DNA from: Eledone cirrhosa
Lineage: Eukaryota
Direction: 5' to 3'
Assembly (NCBI GenBank): GCA_964016885.1
Contig: OZ024741.1
Location: 397,792,001-397,856,000 of the forward strand
Length of the DNA stretch: 64,000 nt
The translations under genes were made by a program, and so were the position numbers. Positions 22,182 to 35,000 of the stretch are shown here, piece by piece; position 1 is the first letter of the stretch, and each line of letters begins with the position of its first letter. The notes under the pieces were generated by a model. The model was not told the DNA's origin. It worked only from the letters and a program-made list of their open reading frames with translations, and did not search any database.

Positions 22182-22801
22182 TGTTAACATGCTAACTAAA
22201 TACTATATAAACTTTTTTTAAAACCAATGATTTAATTGAAATCTAATTGTCGTCAACAACCAGACCCAGATTTTTCAAATAATATTTGAACCAAAGAGGA
22301 ATATTTTTTTATTTATAATTTTGATTTGGTTGCTAACGAGGTCCCCCTCTAAACATCCCTTCCCACCAAATCATACCATTTTTATTTTTTTTATTTCTAA
22401 TAAAAGTAAAATAAAAAAAAAAGAAACCTTTGTTCGGTTCCTCACATAACTTCAAGAGAATTATTAATCTAAATACTAACTCAAGGAATATTTAAAAAAA
22501 AAACTATTTTTGCCTTTTCGATTTGTACATAGTTCGTATTGAAGAAAACAAAATCCGTTCCAGCTTTTTATTTAATATTCACTAAAAACAAAAAAGAAAG
22601 AGAAAAAGAAAACATCCCGTTATTATTAAAGACATTTCTCATATCTTGCTCATTCAACAAATTATTCCAAGGAAAAACTGTTTTGTTCAATGTCATTTTT
22701 ATTCAAATTACCATCTAATTCGATAAAAAAAAACCCATTCAATTATAAAATGTATATGTATGTATATATATATGTGCATGTGTGTGTGTGTGTGTGTGTG
22801 T

Positions 22802-22907
22802 TATAGAAGTGACTTCTACAGAACTAGAACTGTTTCATTTGTATGAAATCATCTGGATGATTTCATACAAATGAAACAGTTCTAATTCCATAGAAGTCAT
22901 TTCTATA
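22802..22907. repeat. ~106-bp palindrome
   Basis: tatagaagtgacttctacagaactagaactgtttcatttgtatgaaatcatc-tg-gatgatttcatacaaatgaaacagttctaattccatagaagtcatttctata. Confidence 0.9.
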
Positions 22908-22987
22908 TATAATAAAGATGCCTAAACTCTACCAATGTATTGAGTACCTTTTTTAACCCTCTGACACAACTCGGGGAATCTACGCAC

Positions 22988-23043
<56 letters not shown>

Positions 23044-24546
23044 AGATAGATAGATGTATGTGTGTGTGCAGGTATTCAGAGCAGCCTTTCTTTTATACAT
23101 GTGTTAAAGACACATGTATATATTTTTATAATTTCAGTTTCTTTAGAACCTTTTCATATATTTAAATAAGGCTTCAATAATTCGTCTGGAACAACAAAGT
23201 TTTTAAGTCCATAATTAAATCAATGTTTCTAGACTTTCACATTCCCCATCATCAGTAGTGTTGTTGGCTTGGTTTTACTTTAAATTGAAGCTAAGAAAAA
23301 ACAGTTGTCTCTAACAACACACATATATATATAAATAAATAAAGCAGGTATTGGAAGAGAACAGCTCTGTTTGTCTGAATAATCTGCTTAGACAAGTGAG
23401 GACATGACTTTTGTCTGTCCTAGCCAGTGTTATGGTTATGATGACTGCTGGAAACCAGGGTGTTGGATAGCTGAGGTAATGATGGAATTTGTGACAGCTT
23501 TTACATGTGGATTAACAGTTGAAACTTTGATTAATTAAGTTAGTAATTATAGATTATCAATCAACTTTGACAACGAGTATATATATTGTGTTGATTGGAG
23601 AGAAAGAGAGAGTGAGTGAAAGGGAGAGAGAGAGAGGGGGGAGAGACAGCTGTACAAAGTTGATGAAATACACACTAACTATGATGGATACTTAACATGG
23701 CATTCTACCTCAGCACATCCAGCACTGAGTACCATCTTCAGACAAACCTAATGAGGAAGCTTTTACTTGCTCATTCGACCTGCTAGAACTGGCAGGTAAA
23801 TCTCACTTGAATCACACTCTACCATCTTGAGAAGAGCATGGATAATGTAGTCCTACATAGCTCCAAAATATTGGTATGGTCATATCTGGAATACCTTTGA
23901 TCATATGTCTGCTCAATCAAAGCTGACTGACCTAGGGCTAAACAACAACTACAACTACGAAGACTGAAAATGATAGCATATTATGAAAAATTGTCCATTA
24001 CGTTTATATATATATATTATGTATATTAGTATATTATTTACCAATATGTTATATATCTGTAAGGTGGTTGGTGGTTGGAAGGACATCCAGCCATAGAAAT
24101 CATACCAAATATGGAGTGTATGTACAAGATGAGGTCTCACAGACCTGACTAGTTTCAGTCCATAACAACCTGTCCAACCCATGCTAGCATGGAAAGCAAA
24201 TGTAAAATGATGATATGTGTATGTATATCGCTGACGACCGAAGTAAGTTCAACATTCTTCGGGAAACTCGGTTCACCATGTGTTTTATCTAATACATATA
24301 TGTATATATATATACATATATATATATGTGTATATATGTATATATGTATGTATATGTGAATTTTGTAGATTTATATTAAGAAATGATAAAGGTGTGTTTG
24401 CCTTTTGATCATAAAATACATGAGCATGTTGGGTTGAAGCAGAAGAGAATGTGTGAGCTAACAATGCCATCTGTTGAGAAAAAAAAATCAGAAAAGGGAA
24501 ATAAGTAGTGTTGGGAGTGTGAATGTATTAAAAAGGATATTGTTGA

Positions 24547-25211
24547 GAGTTTGCCTTGCCAGTCAACTACTCCTGTCTGGTGAGCTTACCTTGCCAGTCA
24601 ACTACTCCTGTCTGGTGAGCTTGCCTTGCCAGTCAACTACTCCTGTCTGGTGAGCTTGCCTTGCCAGTCAACTACTCCTGTCTGGTGAGCTTGCCTTGCC
24701 AGTCAACTACTCCTGTCTGGTGAGCTTGCCTTGCCAGTCAACTACTCCTGTCTGGTGAGCTTACCTTGCCAGTCAACTACTCCTGTCTGGTGAGCTTGCC
24801 TTACCAGTCAACTACTCCTGTCTGGTGAGCTTACCTTGCCAGTCAACTACTCCTGTCTGGTGAGCTTGCCTTGCCAGTCAACTACTCCTGTCTGGTGAGC
24901 TTACCTTGCCAGTCAACTACTCCTGTCTGGTGAGCTTGCCTTGCCAGTCAACTACTCCTGTCTGGTGAGCTTGCCTTGCCAGTCAACTACTCCTGTCTGG
25001 TGAGCTTGCCTTGCCAGTCAACTACTCCTGTCTGGTGAGCTTACCTTGCCAGTCAACTACTCCTGTCTGGTGAGCTTGCCTTGCCAGTCAACTACTCCTG
25101 TCTGGTGAGCTTACCTTGCCAGTCAACTACTCCTGTCTGGTGAGCTTACCTTGCCAGTCAACTACTCCTGTCTGGTGAGCTTGCCTTGCCAGTCAACTAC
25201 TCCTGTCTGGT
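24547..25211. repeat. 35-bp minisatellite, ~19 highly homogeneous copies
   Basis: gagctt(g/a)ccttgccagtcaactactcctgtctggt. Confidence 0.97.
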
Positions 25212-25331
25212 GTCATTAATATGAAATCATTATATGTGTATATCTGATAAAATGTGAAGGTCATTATATAAAAACAGGAAGTGTACTATTCTCAACCATT
25301 TCCCAGATATCAATCAACCAGTGATATTGTT

Positions 25332-25364
<33 letters not shown>

Positions 25365-25885
25365 GTGTAGATAATGATGAATTATAAAGCAATAAAAAAA
25401 TTTATTAAAACTTCATTTTCTTCTGTTTTCTTTATGGATAAACTCTTAAATCTGAAAAAAAAACTGCATTTATAAACTCTAATTATATTATATTAACCAA
25501 ATGAATCATTGTCATCATCATCATTATTTAACAGCCATTCACCCAGCTAGGAAAGGTTAGACAGGTCATTACAGACCAAGCCAGTATTAAATCAAAGCCA
25601 CTGACTTCTGAGATGGGCTTAAGAGTTGCATCTTGCTTACATACGTTCCCATACTTTACAGAGTGTACAGGGTGCATTTTTGGTGGCCACGTGACTAAAG
25701 AAGCTGACATGTCATTTCTAGACTGATGGATCCTCACAACCGTTTGGCTTGCGATCTATGCCTGGAAACCCTAACAACGACTTTACAGAGTGTACTGAGT
25801 GCATTTTATCCTGACACCAGCACTAGGGCGTTTACCTGGTCTTGAGTCCACTGAAGAGCTTTCAATACCTCCTTAACTACACTCA

Positions 25886-26160
25886 TTATCATCATCATCA
25901 TCATCATCATCACCGTTTTACGTCCGTTCTTCCACATTAGCATGGGTTAGACAGGTTGTCCTGTTGTGGGCAGTGTCCAGCCGGCTGACCTTGTCTTGCT
26001 CATACAGGAACTGATTCTGGCTTGATTTCTACAGCTGGATGCCCTTCTTAACACCAACCTCAATTACAGTGAGTGCTGGATGCTTTTTTTCGGTGGCGCC
26101 TACACGTTCACTTTACAGTGAGGGCTGGGTGCTTTTTTGCTGTGGCACCTCCACGACCAC
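25886..26160 (-). mobile_element. RTE/SINE 3' tail
   Basis: (atc)n caccgtttacgtcc...ggatgcccttcttaacaccaacc; inverse of 7262-7475. Confidence 0.8.
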
Positions 26161-26842
26161 TAAAGTGGTGAAATGAGATTTAAAGAACAACCTTATTCAT
26201 TCTTCCATTTCAGGGATTCTAATTAATATGGCAGATCTTGACCAAGAATAGATATTTGGGATGAAATATCATTAACAAATAGTCTTCTTGTTTCTTTCCT
26301 GATGAGGGAAACACAATTTATCAGAAGTGTACTCAATACATCACATCTCCCTAACACTTGTTTTTTTACTATTAATTAGCTTTGTTGAATGTGGCTTCTT
26401 AAAACACTTCTGCATTGACAGGGTCTTATCATTGAGGTTTTTTGGGGTGGAGTTGGGAGGTTACATGGTTGTAGTGGTAGTGTTGGTGGTGGTGGTGGTG
26501 GCGGTGGTGGTGGCGGTGTAGGGGTGGGTGGTGGTGTGTAGTGGCTATGGTGGTGATGGTGGTGGTGGTTGTCTTATGCAGGGGGTCATTCATTACGCAT
26601 TAAAACTATTTCTAGCTGATTTTTTTTCTTTTATATATTCCCTCATTAGATAATTGTTTCTACTTTCGGCACAAGGCCAGCACTTACCCAGTGCATTACT
26701 GGTACTTTATTTTATCGACCCTGTAAGGATGAAAGGCAAAGTCAACCTCGGCGGGATTTGAACTCAGATCATTAGATAATACTGAGTGGATTGGATCAAT
26801 GTGAAATAAAGTGCCTTGCTCAAGGACAACACGCCACCTGCT

Positions 26843-27869
26843 CATCATCACCACCACCACCACTACCACAATTACCACCACTACCAACATCATCACCACC
26901 ACAACCGCCATCACCACCACTACCACTACCACCACTACTACCTCATCACCACCACCACCACCACTACCACAATTACCACCACTACCAACATCATCACCAC
27001 CACAACCGCCATCACCACCACTACCACTATCACTACCACCACTACTATCTCATCACCACCACCATCACCACTACCACCACCATTACCACCACCACCAGCA
27101 ACACTACCACCATCCCCACCCCCACCACCACCATCACCACCACCGTCACCATCACCACCACTGCACCATCCCCACCACCACTGCCACCATCACCACCACC
27201 ACCACTACCATCATCACTACCACCACCACCATCACCACCACCACCACCACCACTACCACCATCACCACCACCACCACCACTATCACCATCACCACCACTA
27301 CCACCATCACCACTACCACCACAACCACCATCACCACCACCACCACCACTACCACCATCACCACCACTACCACCATCACCACTACCACCACCACCACCAC
27401 CATCACCACCACCACCACTACACCACCACTACCACCACCACCACCACCACTACACCACTACCACCACCACCACCACTACCACCACCACTACCACCCCCAC
27501 AACCACCATTACTACCACAACAACCACCACCACCATTCCCACCACCACCACCACCACTACCACCACCACCTCCACCACCATCACTACCACCTCCACCACC
27601 AACACCACCACCATCACCACTACCACCATAACCACCACCACTACCATCATCACTACCACCATCACCACCACCACCACCACCACTACCACCATCACCACCA
27701 CAACCACCATCACCACCACCACCACCACTACCACCATCACCACCACTACCACTATCACCACTACCACCACCACCACCATGACCACCACCTTTGCCACCAC
27801 CACCATCACCACCACCACCACTACACCACCACTACCACCACCACCACCACCATAACCACCACCACCATT
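26843..27869. repeat. Degenerate (ACC)n trinucleotide array
   Basis: acc/act/atc triplets; gives poly-P, poly-H, poly-T and poly-V ORFs. Confidence 0.95.
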
Positions 27870-28099
27870 TTAAACTAACAAAAACTAAAACTGAAAGACT
27901 GCCCTCATTGGGTCTAATATCAAAATGAACCTAAAATAAAGATAGAGGTCCCAACCCAGTAAAGAACCCTTTATAAGGTAACTTCACCTGTTAGCAGTAT
28001 AAACCATAAATAGGATACACAATGAACAGACATTTTTCTCTCTTTTTTTAAAAATGATATGGTGAGAGGAGAATGAGGCAGTGTACTTATCTAATAACA

Positions 28100-28572
28100 G
28101 TAGTGGTTTCTGATTTAGGAACAAGGCCAACAATTTGGGGGAGGGGGAAGTTGATTAAATCAACCCCAGTACATTACTGGTACTTTATTTTATTGACCCC
28201 GTAATGATGAAAGGCAAAGTTAACTTTGGCAGGATTTTTACTCCCTTTACTTTCTGAGTTCAAATTCTGCCAAAGTTAGCTTTACCTTTCATCATTACGG
28301 GGTCAATAAAATAAAGTACCAGTAATGTACTGGGGTTGATTTACTATAAAAATAATAATAATGGTTTCTGTTTTAGGCACAAGACCAACAATTTTTGTGA
28401 GGAGGAGAAGTCGATTAACTCAACCGCAGTGTATTACTGGTACTTTATTTTATCAATCCTGTAAGGATGAAAAGCAAAATTAAAAATGGTTTCTGATTTA
28501 GGCAAACAACCAACAATATTTGGAGGGAGGGGAAAGTCGATTAAATCAACCCCCCCAGTGCATTACTGGTAC
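28100..28572. mobile_element. Cluster of SINE family A fragments, including an inverted pair (28156-28343)
   Basis: Three tail copies starting ggtttctgatttagg, plus ~80-bp inverted arms. Confidence 0.8.
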
Positions 28573-28697
28573 TACTAGTAGATGAATAAGTTACCTGCAT
28601 CCAGCACCTATCTCCTAACATCCTAGCATCCAAATATAAACATGCTATCAATATATTACCTTCTCATGGCTGACTGGAAATGACAAAAGACATAAAC

Positions 28698-28848
28698 TGT
28701 CACCCTGTTACCCCGTCACCCCGTCACCCCGTCACCCCGTCACCCCGTCACACCGTCACCCCGTCACCCTGTCACCCCGTCACCCTGTCACCCCGTCACC
28801 CTGTCACCCCGTCACCCTGTCACCCCATCACCCTGCCACCCTGTCACA
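28698..28848. repeat. 8-bp tandem repeat (gtcacccc/gtcaccct)
   Basis: Direct reading. Confidence 0.93.
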
Positions 28849-28911
28849 CTGAAATACAACAACAGTCATTCTAAAGATATTTACTTCCATGTTAACTGGT
28901 GCAGTTAACTA

Positions 28912-29646
28912 ACATCACCACCACCACCATCACTACCAACATTGCAATCAGCGGTATCTCAACCACCACCACCACCAACACCTCCACCAGTACCACCAAC
29001 ACCACCACCAACACCAACACCACCACCACCAACACTACCAGTACCACCACCACCACCACCACCACCACCAGTACCACCACCACCACAAACACCACCAGTA
29101 CCACCAACACCACCACCACCACCACCACCAGTACCACCACCACCACCACCACCACCAATATCACCACCACCACCACTACCACCACCACCACCACCAGTAC
29201 CACCACCACCACCACCAGTACCACCACCACTACCACCAACACCACCACCAGTACCATCACCACCACCACCACCACTACCACCAACACCACCACCAGTACC
29301 ACCACCACCACCACCACCACCACCTCCACCACCACCACTACCACCACCACCACCACCAGTACCACCACCACCACCACCACCACCAGTACCACCACCACCA
29401 CCACCAGTACCACCACCACCACCACCACCACCACCAACCACCACCAGTACCACCACCACCACCACCAGTACCACCACCACTACCACCAACACCACCACCA
29501 GTACCATCACCACCACCACCACCACTACCACCAACACCACCACCACCACCACCACCAACACCACCACCACCACCACCACCACCACTACCACCAACACCAC
29601 CACCAGTACCACCATCACCACCACCACCACCACCACCACCACCACC
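28912..29646. repeat. Degenerate (ACC)n array with agt/aac interruptions
   Basis: Direct reading. Confidence 0.95.
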
Positions 29647-30006
29647 TGATATGTCAGTAAGAAAGAAAAGCTGTGATAAAAGTCAACTAACTAGTGAACA
29701 ACATTGAAACTTTCTTCCGATGTCCTTAAAACTTTCTACTCCCTCAATAGTCACCTAGTATCTACTAAAGCAGTGCTACTCAAAGTGGTGGTCCGTGAAC
29801 CAGTGCCGGTATGCAAGCCATCAGCTACCGGTACGCAGCCAGTGTCCAGGCCATGCTAAGGAATCATTTGAGGAATTTTTTTTATTACTTTTTTATGTTT
29901 TGATATTGTATTATTTGTTTACAAAATAAATAGAAGATAAAAAAATGGTCAACTATTATTATATTCCTTATATATATTATATTATTATATTCATTAAATA
30001 TATATA

Positions 30007-31327
30007 CTAGCATTAAAGCCCGGCGTTGCTCGGGGTCAGTAAGTTACCAAAGTTAGGTTGTACCACCCATTTTATGGCAGAACTTTTTTGTCTGCCAGGC
30101 ACTGGGTGAATGAATTGCAGACCTGGACTGCCGAAGCAGGAGCTGCTCCAGCAGTGACAATTGTAGTTTCGCCTATGGATATTATCTCTGTGCAAAGAAG
30201 TGTTGAAATTTATTGTTTCACAGTACTTGCGCAACACGCACGTAGATGATGCCAGCCGAACAACAGAGCTGTGATGGAGTTGTTCTGCATGGTTGTCTAA
30301 TGTGTGTTTCCTAATTTAAGACAGTAGGGAGGGGTGTGATATGGGGGAGAGTTAGCTGCTGTTTCTAGCAGGTTTAATGACCTCATAGAGGATATGTGTT
30401 TTCTAAATTTAAGACAGTAGGGAGTGGTGTGATATGGGGGAGAGTTAGCTGCTGTTTCTAGCAGGTTTAGTGACCTCATAGAGGATATGTTTTCTAAATT
30501 TAACATAGTAGGGAGTGGTGTGATAGGGGGGAGAGTTAGCTGCTGTTTCTAGCTGGTTTAGTGACCTCATAGAGGATATGTTTTCTAAATTTAAGACAGT
30601 AGGGAGTGGTGTGATATGGGGGAGAGTTAGCTGCTGTTTCTAGCAGGTTTAGTGACCTCATAGAGGATTTGTTTTCTAAATTTAAGACAGTAGGGAGGGG
30701 GGGTGATATGGGGAGAGTTAGCTGCTGTTTCTATCAGGTTTAGTGACCTCATAGAGTATATTATTGTATATTATAATGAACTGATACTTCTTTCTTCCAC
30801 GTTCGTTGATAGATGTTTTAAAAAAGATTTATTGCTATTTTTTTTTGTTGTTGAATAAATTTATCTGTTGCTTTTGAATAATTGTTGTTTTGTATGAAAT
30901 GTAATAAGTTCTCTTTGTCATTGAAGTAAATAAATGTTTGACCGTTCCACACTCAAAAACAAACGTTCTCTCTCTCTCCCTCTCACTCTCTATCTCTCTC
31001 TCCCTCTCACTCTCTATCTCTCTCTCTTCGGCATTCCCAAAGGAAGTTTGTAAGCATGTATGTAGTTTTATCGAATTTGAAGAGAAATAGAGAGAGGTTA
31101 TCAGATTCTATTAGAGGGGCAAAGCGTCATGTATTTAGTTTTATCGATTATTTCCATAATTGTGGGTGAGTTTGAATGGAATAAATAGTCGTTGAACTAA
31201 GTTACACAATTTACAACATTCTTATAGACTTTGAGTCGAATCGGTTTGAAATTGTGCAAATGTATAAACATGGAACATGCGCACACACACAGAACAACAA
31301 CAATCTGCCTTTTATAGATAATGATGA
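30007..31327 (-). mobile_element. Non-autonomous Helitron-like element (5' boundary approximate)
   Basis: Minus-strand 3' end: hairpin CCCGAGC-AAC-GCCGGG, 8 nt, CTAG|T. Candidate 5' end A|TCATCATTATCTATAAAAGGCAG followed by GT-rich simple repeats. Confidence 0.62.
30302..30757. repeat. ~91-bp minisatellite, 5 copies
   Basis: gttagctgctgtttcta at 30351, 30444, 30535, 30626 and 30717. Confidence 0.93.
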
Positions 31328-31359
31328 TATTATTATATTTTATATAATATATTATTATT

Positions 31360-31543
31360 GGATTGGCAGTATCAGTAGAGAGTCGGACGCCATGCTTTCC
31401 AGCATAGTTACGTCCCTTTACGGTCTGAGTTCAAATCCCGCCAAGGTTAACTTTGCCTTTCATCCTTACGGGGTCGATAACATAAAGTACCAGTAATGTA
31501 CTGGGTAATTGCTGGCCTTGTGCCAAAAGTAGAAACAATTATT
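31360..31543 (+). mobile_element. SINE family A
   Basis: Colinear with 13830-14020. Confidence 0.8.
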
Positions 31544-31894
31544 ATAATATATTATAATATATTATATTATTATATTTTATATAATATATTATTATATTCA
31601 TTATATATATTATATTATTATATTTTATATAATATATTATTATTATAATATATTATAATATATTATATAATATATTATTATTATAATATAATATATTATT
31701 ATATTTTATATAATATATTATTATATTCATTATATATATTATATTATTATATTTTATATAATATATTATTATTATAATATATTATAATATATTATATAAT
31801 ATATTATTATTATAATATAATATATTATTATATTTTATATAATATATTATTATATTCATTATATATATTATATTATTATATTCATTATATATAA

Positions 31895-32071
31895 GGGCGG
31901 TGAATTGGTAGAGGGTCAGACATGCTTTCCAGCGTAGTTACGTCCGTTTACGATCTGAGTTCGATTCCCGCCGAGGTTAACTTTGTCTTTCATCCTTACG
32001 GGGTCGATAAAATAAAGTACCAGTAACACACTGGATAATTGCTGACCTTGTGCCAAAAGTAGAAACAATTA
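31895..32071 (+). mobile_element. SINE family A
   Basis: gggcggtgaattgg...gagttcgattcccgccgagg...gtagaaacaatta. Confidence 0.8.
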
Positions 32072-35000
32072 TATTCATTATATATATCGTTTCCGGTATA
32101 AATTAATATTACTACAAAATATTAGCGGTACATGGCACATTGAAAAAAAAATGCCGGTCCGCCACATCAGATAGTTTGAGAAGCACTGTACTAAACTATG
32201 TGTTAGTCTCTCTAGTCCCTCAAGAGTCACCTAGTATCTACTAAACTATGTGTTAGTCTCTCTAGTCCCTCAAGAGTCACCTAGTATCTACTAAACTATG
32301 TGTTAGTCTCTCTAGTCCCTCAAGAGTCACCTAGTATCTACTAATCTATGTGTTAGTCTCTCTAGTCCCTCAATAGTCACCTAGTATCTACTAAACTATA
32401 TCTTAGTCTCTCTAGTCCCTCAATAGTCACCTAGTATCTACTAAACTATATCTTAATCTCTCTACTCCCTCAATAGTCACCTAGTATCTACTAAACTACA
32501 TCTTGTCTCTCTAGTCCCTCAATTGTCACCTAGTATCTACTAAACTATATCTTAGTCTCTCTAGTCCCTCAATAGTCACCTAGTATCTACTAAACTATAT
32601 CTTAGTCTCTCTAGTCCCTCAATAGTCACCTAGTATCTACTAAACTATATCTTACACTCTCTACTCCCTCAATAGTCACCTAGTATCTACTAGACTATAT
32701 CTTAGTCTCTCTACTCCCTCAATAGGCACCTAGTATCTACTAAACTATATCTTAGTCTCTCTAGTCCCTCAATAGTCACCTAATATCTACTAACCTATAT
32801 CTTAGTCTCTCTACTCCCTCAATAGTCACCTAGTATCTACTAAACTATATCTTAGTCTCTCTACTCCCTCAATAGGCACCTAGTATCTACTAAACTATAT
32901 CTTAGTCTCTCTACTCCCTCAATAGTCACCTAGTATCTACTAAACTATATCTTACACTCTCTACTCCCTCAATAGTCACCTAGTATCTACTAAACTATAT
33001 CTTACACTCTCTACCCCCTCAATAGTCACCTAGTATCTACTAAACTACATCTTAGTCTCTCTAGTCCCTCAATTGTCACCTAGTATCTACTAAATTATAT
33101 CTTAGTATCTCTAGTCCCTCAATTGTCACCTAGTATCTACTAAACTATATCTTCGTCTCTCTATTACCTCAATAGTCACCTAGTATCTACTATACTATAT
33201 CTTAGTCTCTCCAGTCCCTCAATAGTCACCTACTATCTACTAAACTATATCTTAGTCTCTCTAGTCCCTCAATAGTCACCTAGTATCTACTAAACTATAT
33301 CTTACACTCTCTACTCTTTCAATAGTCACCTAGTATCTACTAAACTATATCTTACACTCTCTACTCCCTCAATAGGCACCTAGTATCTACTAAACTACAT
33401 CTTAGTCTCTCTAGTCCCTCAATAGTCACCTAGTATCTACTAAACTATATCTTAGTCTCTCTAGTCATTCAATAGTCACCTAGTTTCTACTAAACTATAT
33501 CTTAGTCTCTCTACTCCCTCAATAGTCACGTAGTATCTACTAAACTATACCTCAGTCTCTCTAGACCCTCAATAGTCACCTAGTATCTACTAAACTATAT
33601 CTTACACTCTCTACTCCCTCAATAGTCACCTAGTATCTACTAAACTATATCTTACACTCTCTACCCCCTCAATAGGCACCTAGTATCTACTAAACTACAT
33701 CTTAGTCTCTCTAGTCCCTCAATAGTCACCTAGTATCTACTAAACTACATCTTAGTCTCTCTAGTCCCTCAATTGTCACCTAGTATCTACTAAACTATAT
33801 CTTAGTCTCTCTAGTCCCTCAATAGTCACCTAGTATCTACTAAACTATATCTTAGTCTCTCTAGTCCCTCAATAGTCACCTAGTATCTACTAAACTATAT
33901 CTTAGTCTCTCTACTCCCTCAATAGTCACCTAGTATCTACTAAACTATATCTTAATCTCTCAAGTCCCTCAATAGTCACCTAGTATCTACTAAACTATAT
34001 CTTAGTCTCTCTAGTCCCTCAATAGTCACCTAGTATCTACTAAACTACATCTTAGTCTCTCTAGTCCCTCAATAGTCACCTAGTATCTACTAAACTACAT
34101 CTTAGTCTCTCTACTCCCTCAATAGTCACCTAGTATCTACTAAACTAAATCTTAGTCTCTCTAGTCCCTCAATAGTCACCTAGTATCTACTAAACTATAT
34201 CTTACACTCTCTACTCCCTCAATAGTCACCTAGTATCTACTAAACTATATCTTAATCTCTCAAGTCCCTCAGTAGTCACCTAGTATCTACTAAACTATAT
34301 CTTACACTATCTACTCCCTCAATAGTCACCTAGTATCTACTAAACTATATCTTACATCCTCTACTCCCTCAATAGTCACCTAGTATCTACTAAACTATAT
34401 CTTACACTATCTACTCCCTCAATAGTCACCTAGTATCTACTAAACTATATCTTACACTATCTACTCCCTCAATAGTCACCTAGTATCTACTAAACTATAT
34501 CTTACACTCTCTACTCCCTCAATAGTCACCTAGTATCTACTAAACTACATCTTAGTCTCTCTAGTCCCTCAATTGTCACCTAGTATCTACTAAACTACAT
34601 CTTAGTATCTCTAGTCCCTCAATAGTCACCTACTATCTACTAAACTATATGTTAGTCTCTCTAGTCCCTCAATAGTCACCTAGTATCTACTAAACTATAT
34701 CTTACACTCTCTACTCTTTCAATAGTCACCTAGTATCTACTAAACTATATCTTACACTCTCTACTCCCTCAATAGGCACCTAGTATCTACTAAACTACAT
34801 CTTAGTCTCTCTAGTCCCTCAATAGTCACCTAGTATCTACTAAACTATATCTTAGTCTCTCTAGTCATTCAATAGTCACCTAGTATCTACTAAACTATAT
34901 CTTATCTCTCTACTCCCTCAATAGTCACCTAGTATCTACTAAACTACATCTTACTCTCTCTAGTCCCTCAATTGTCACCTACTATCTACTAAACTATATC

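Larger units (their letters stand above)
29771..32188. mobile_element. Non-autonomous hAT (Charlie/Buster-like) DNA transposon with nested insertions
   Basis: Left TIR CAGTGCTACTCAAAG; right TIR GTTTGAGAAGCACTG (reverse complement CAGTGCTTCTCAAAC); 8-bp flanks TACTAAAG and TACTAAAC with central TA. Confidence 0.82.

Noticed and set aside
26696-29660. Extensin/mucin/His-rich-looking ORFs
   Set aside because: (ACC)n arrays open in nearly all frames, with no supportable splice or domain context.
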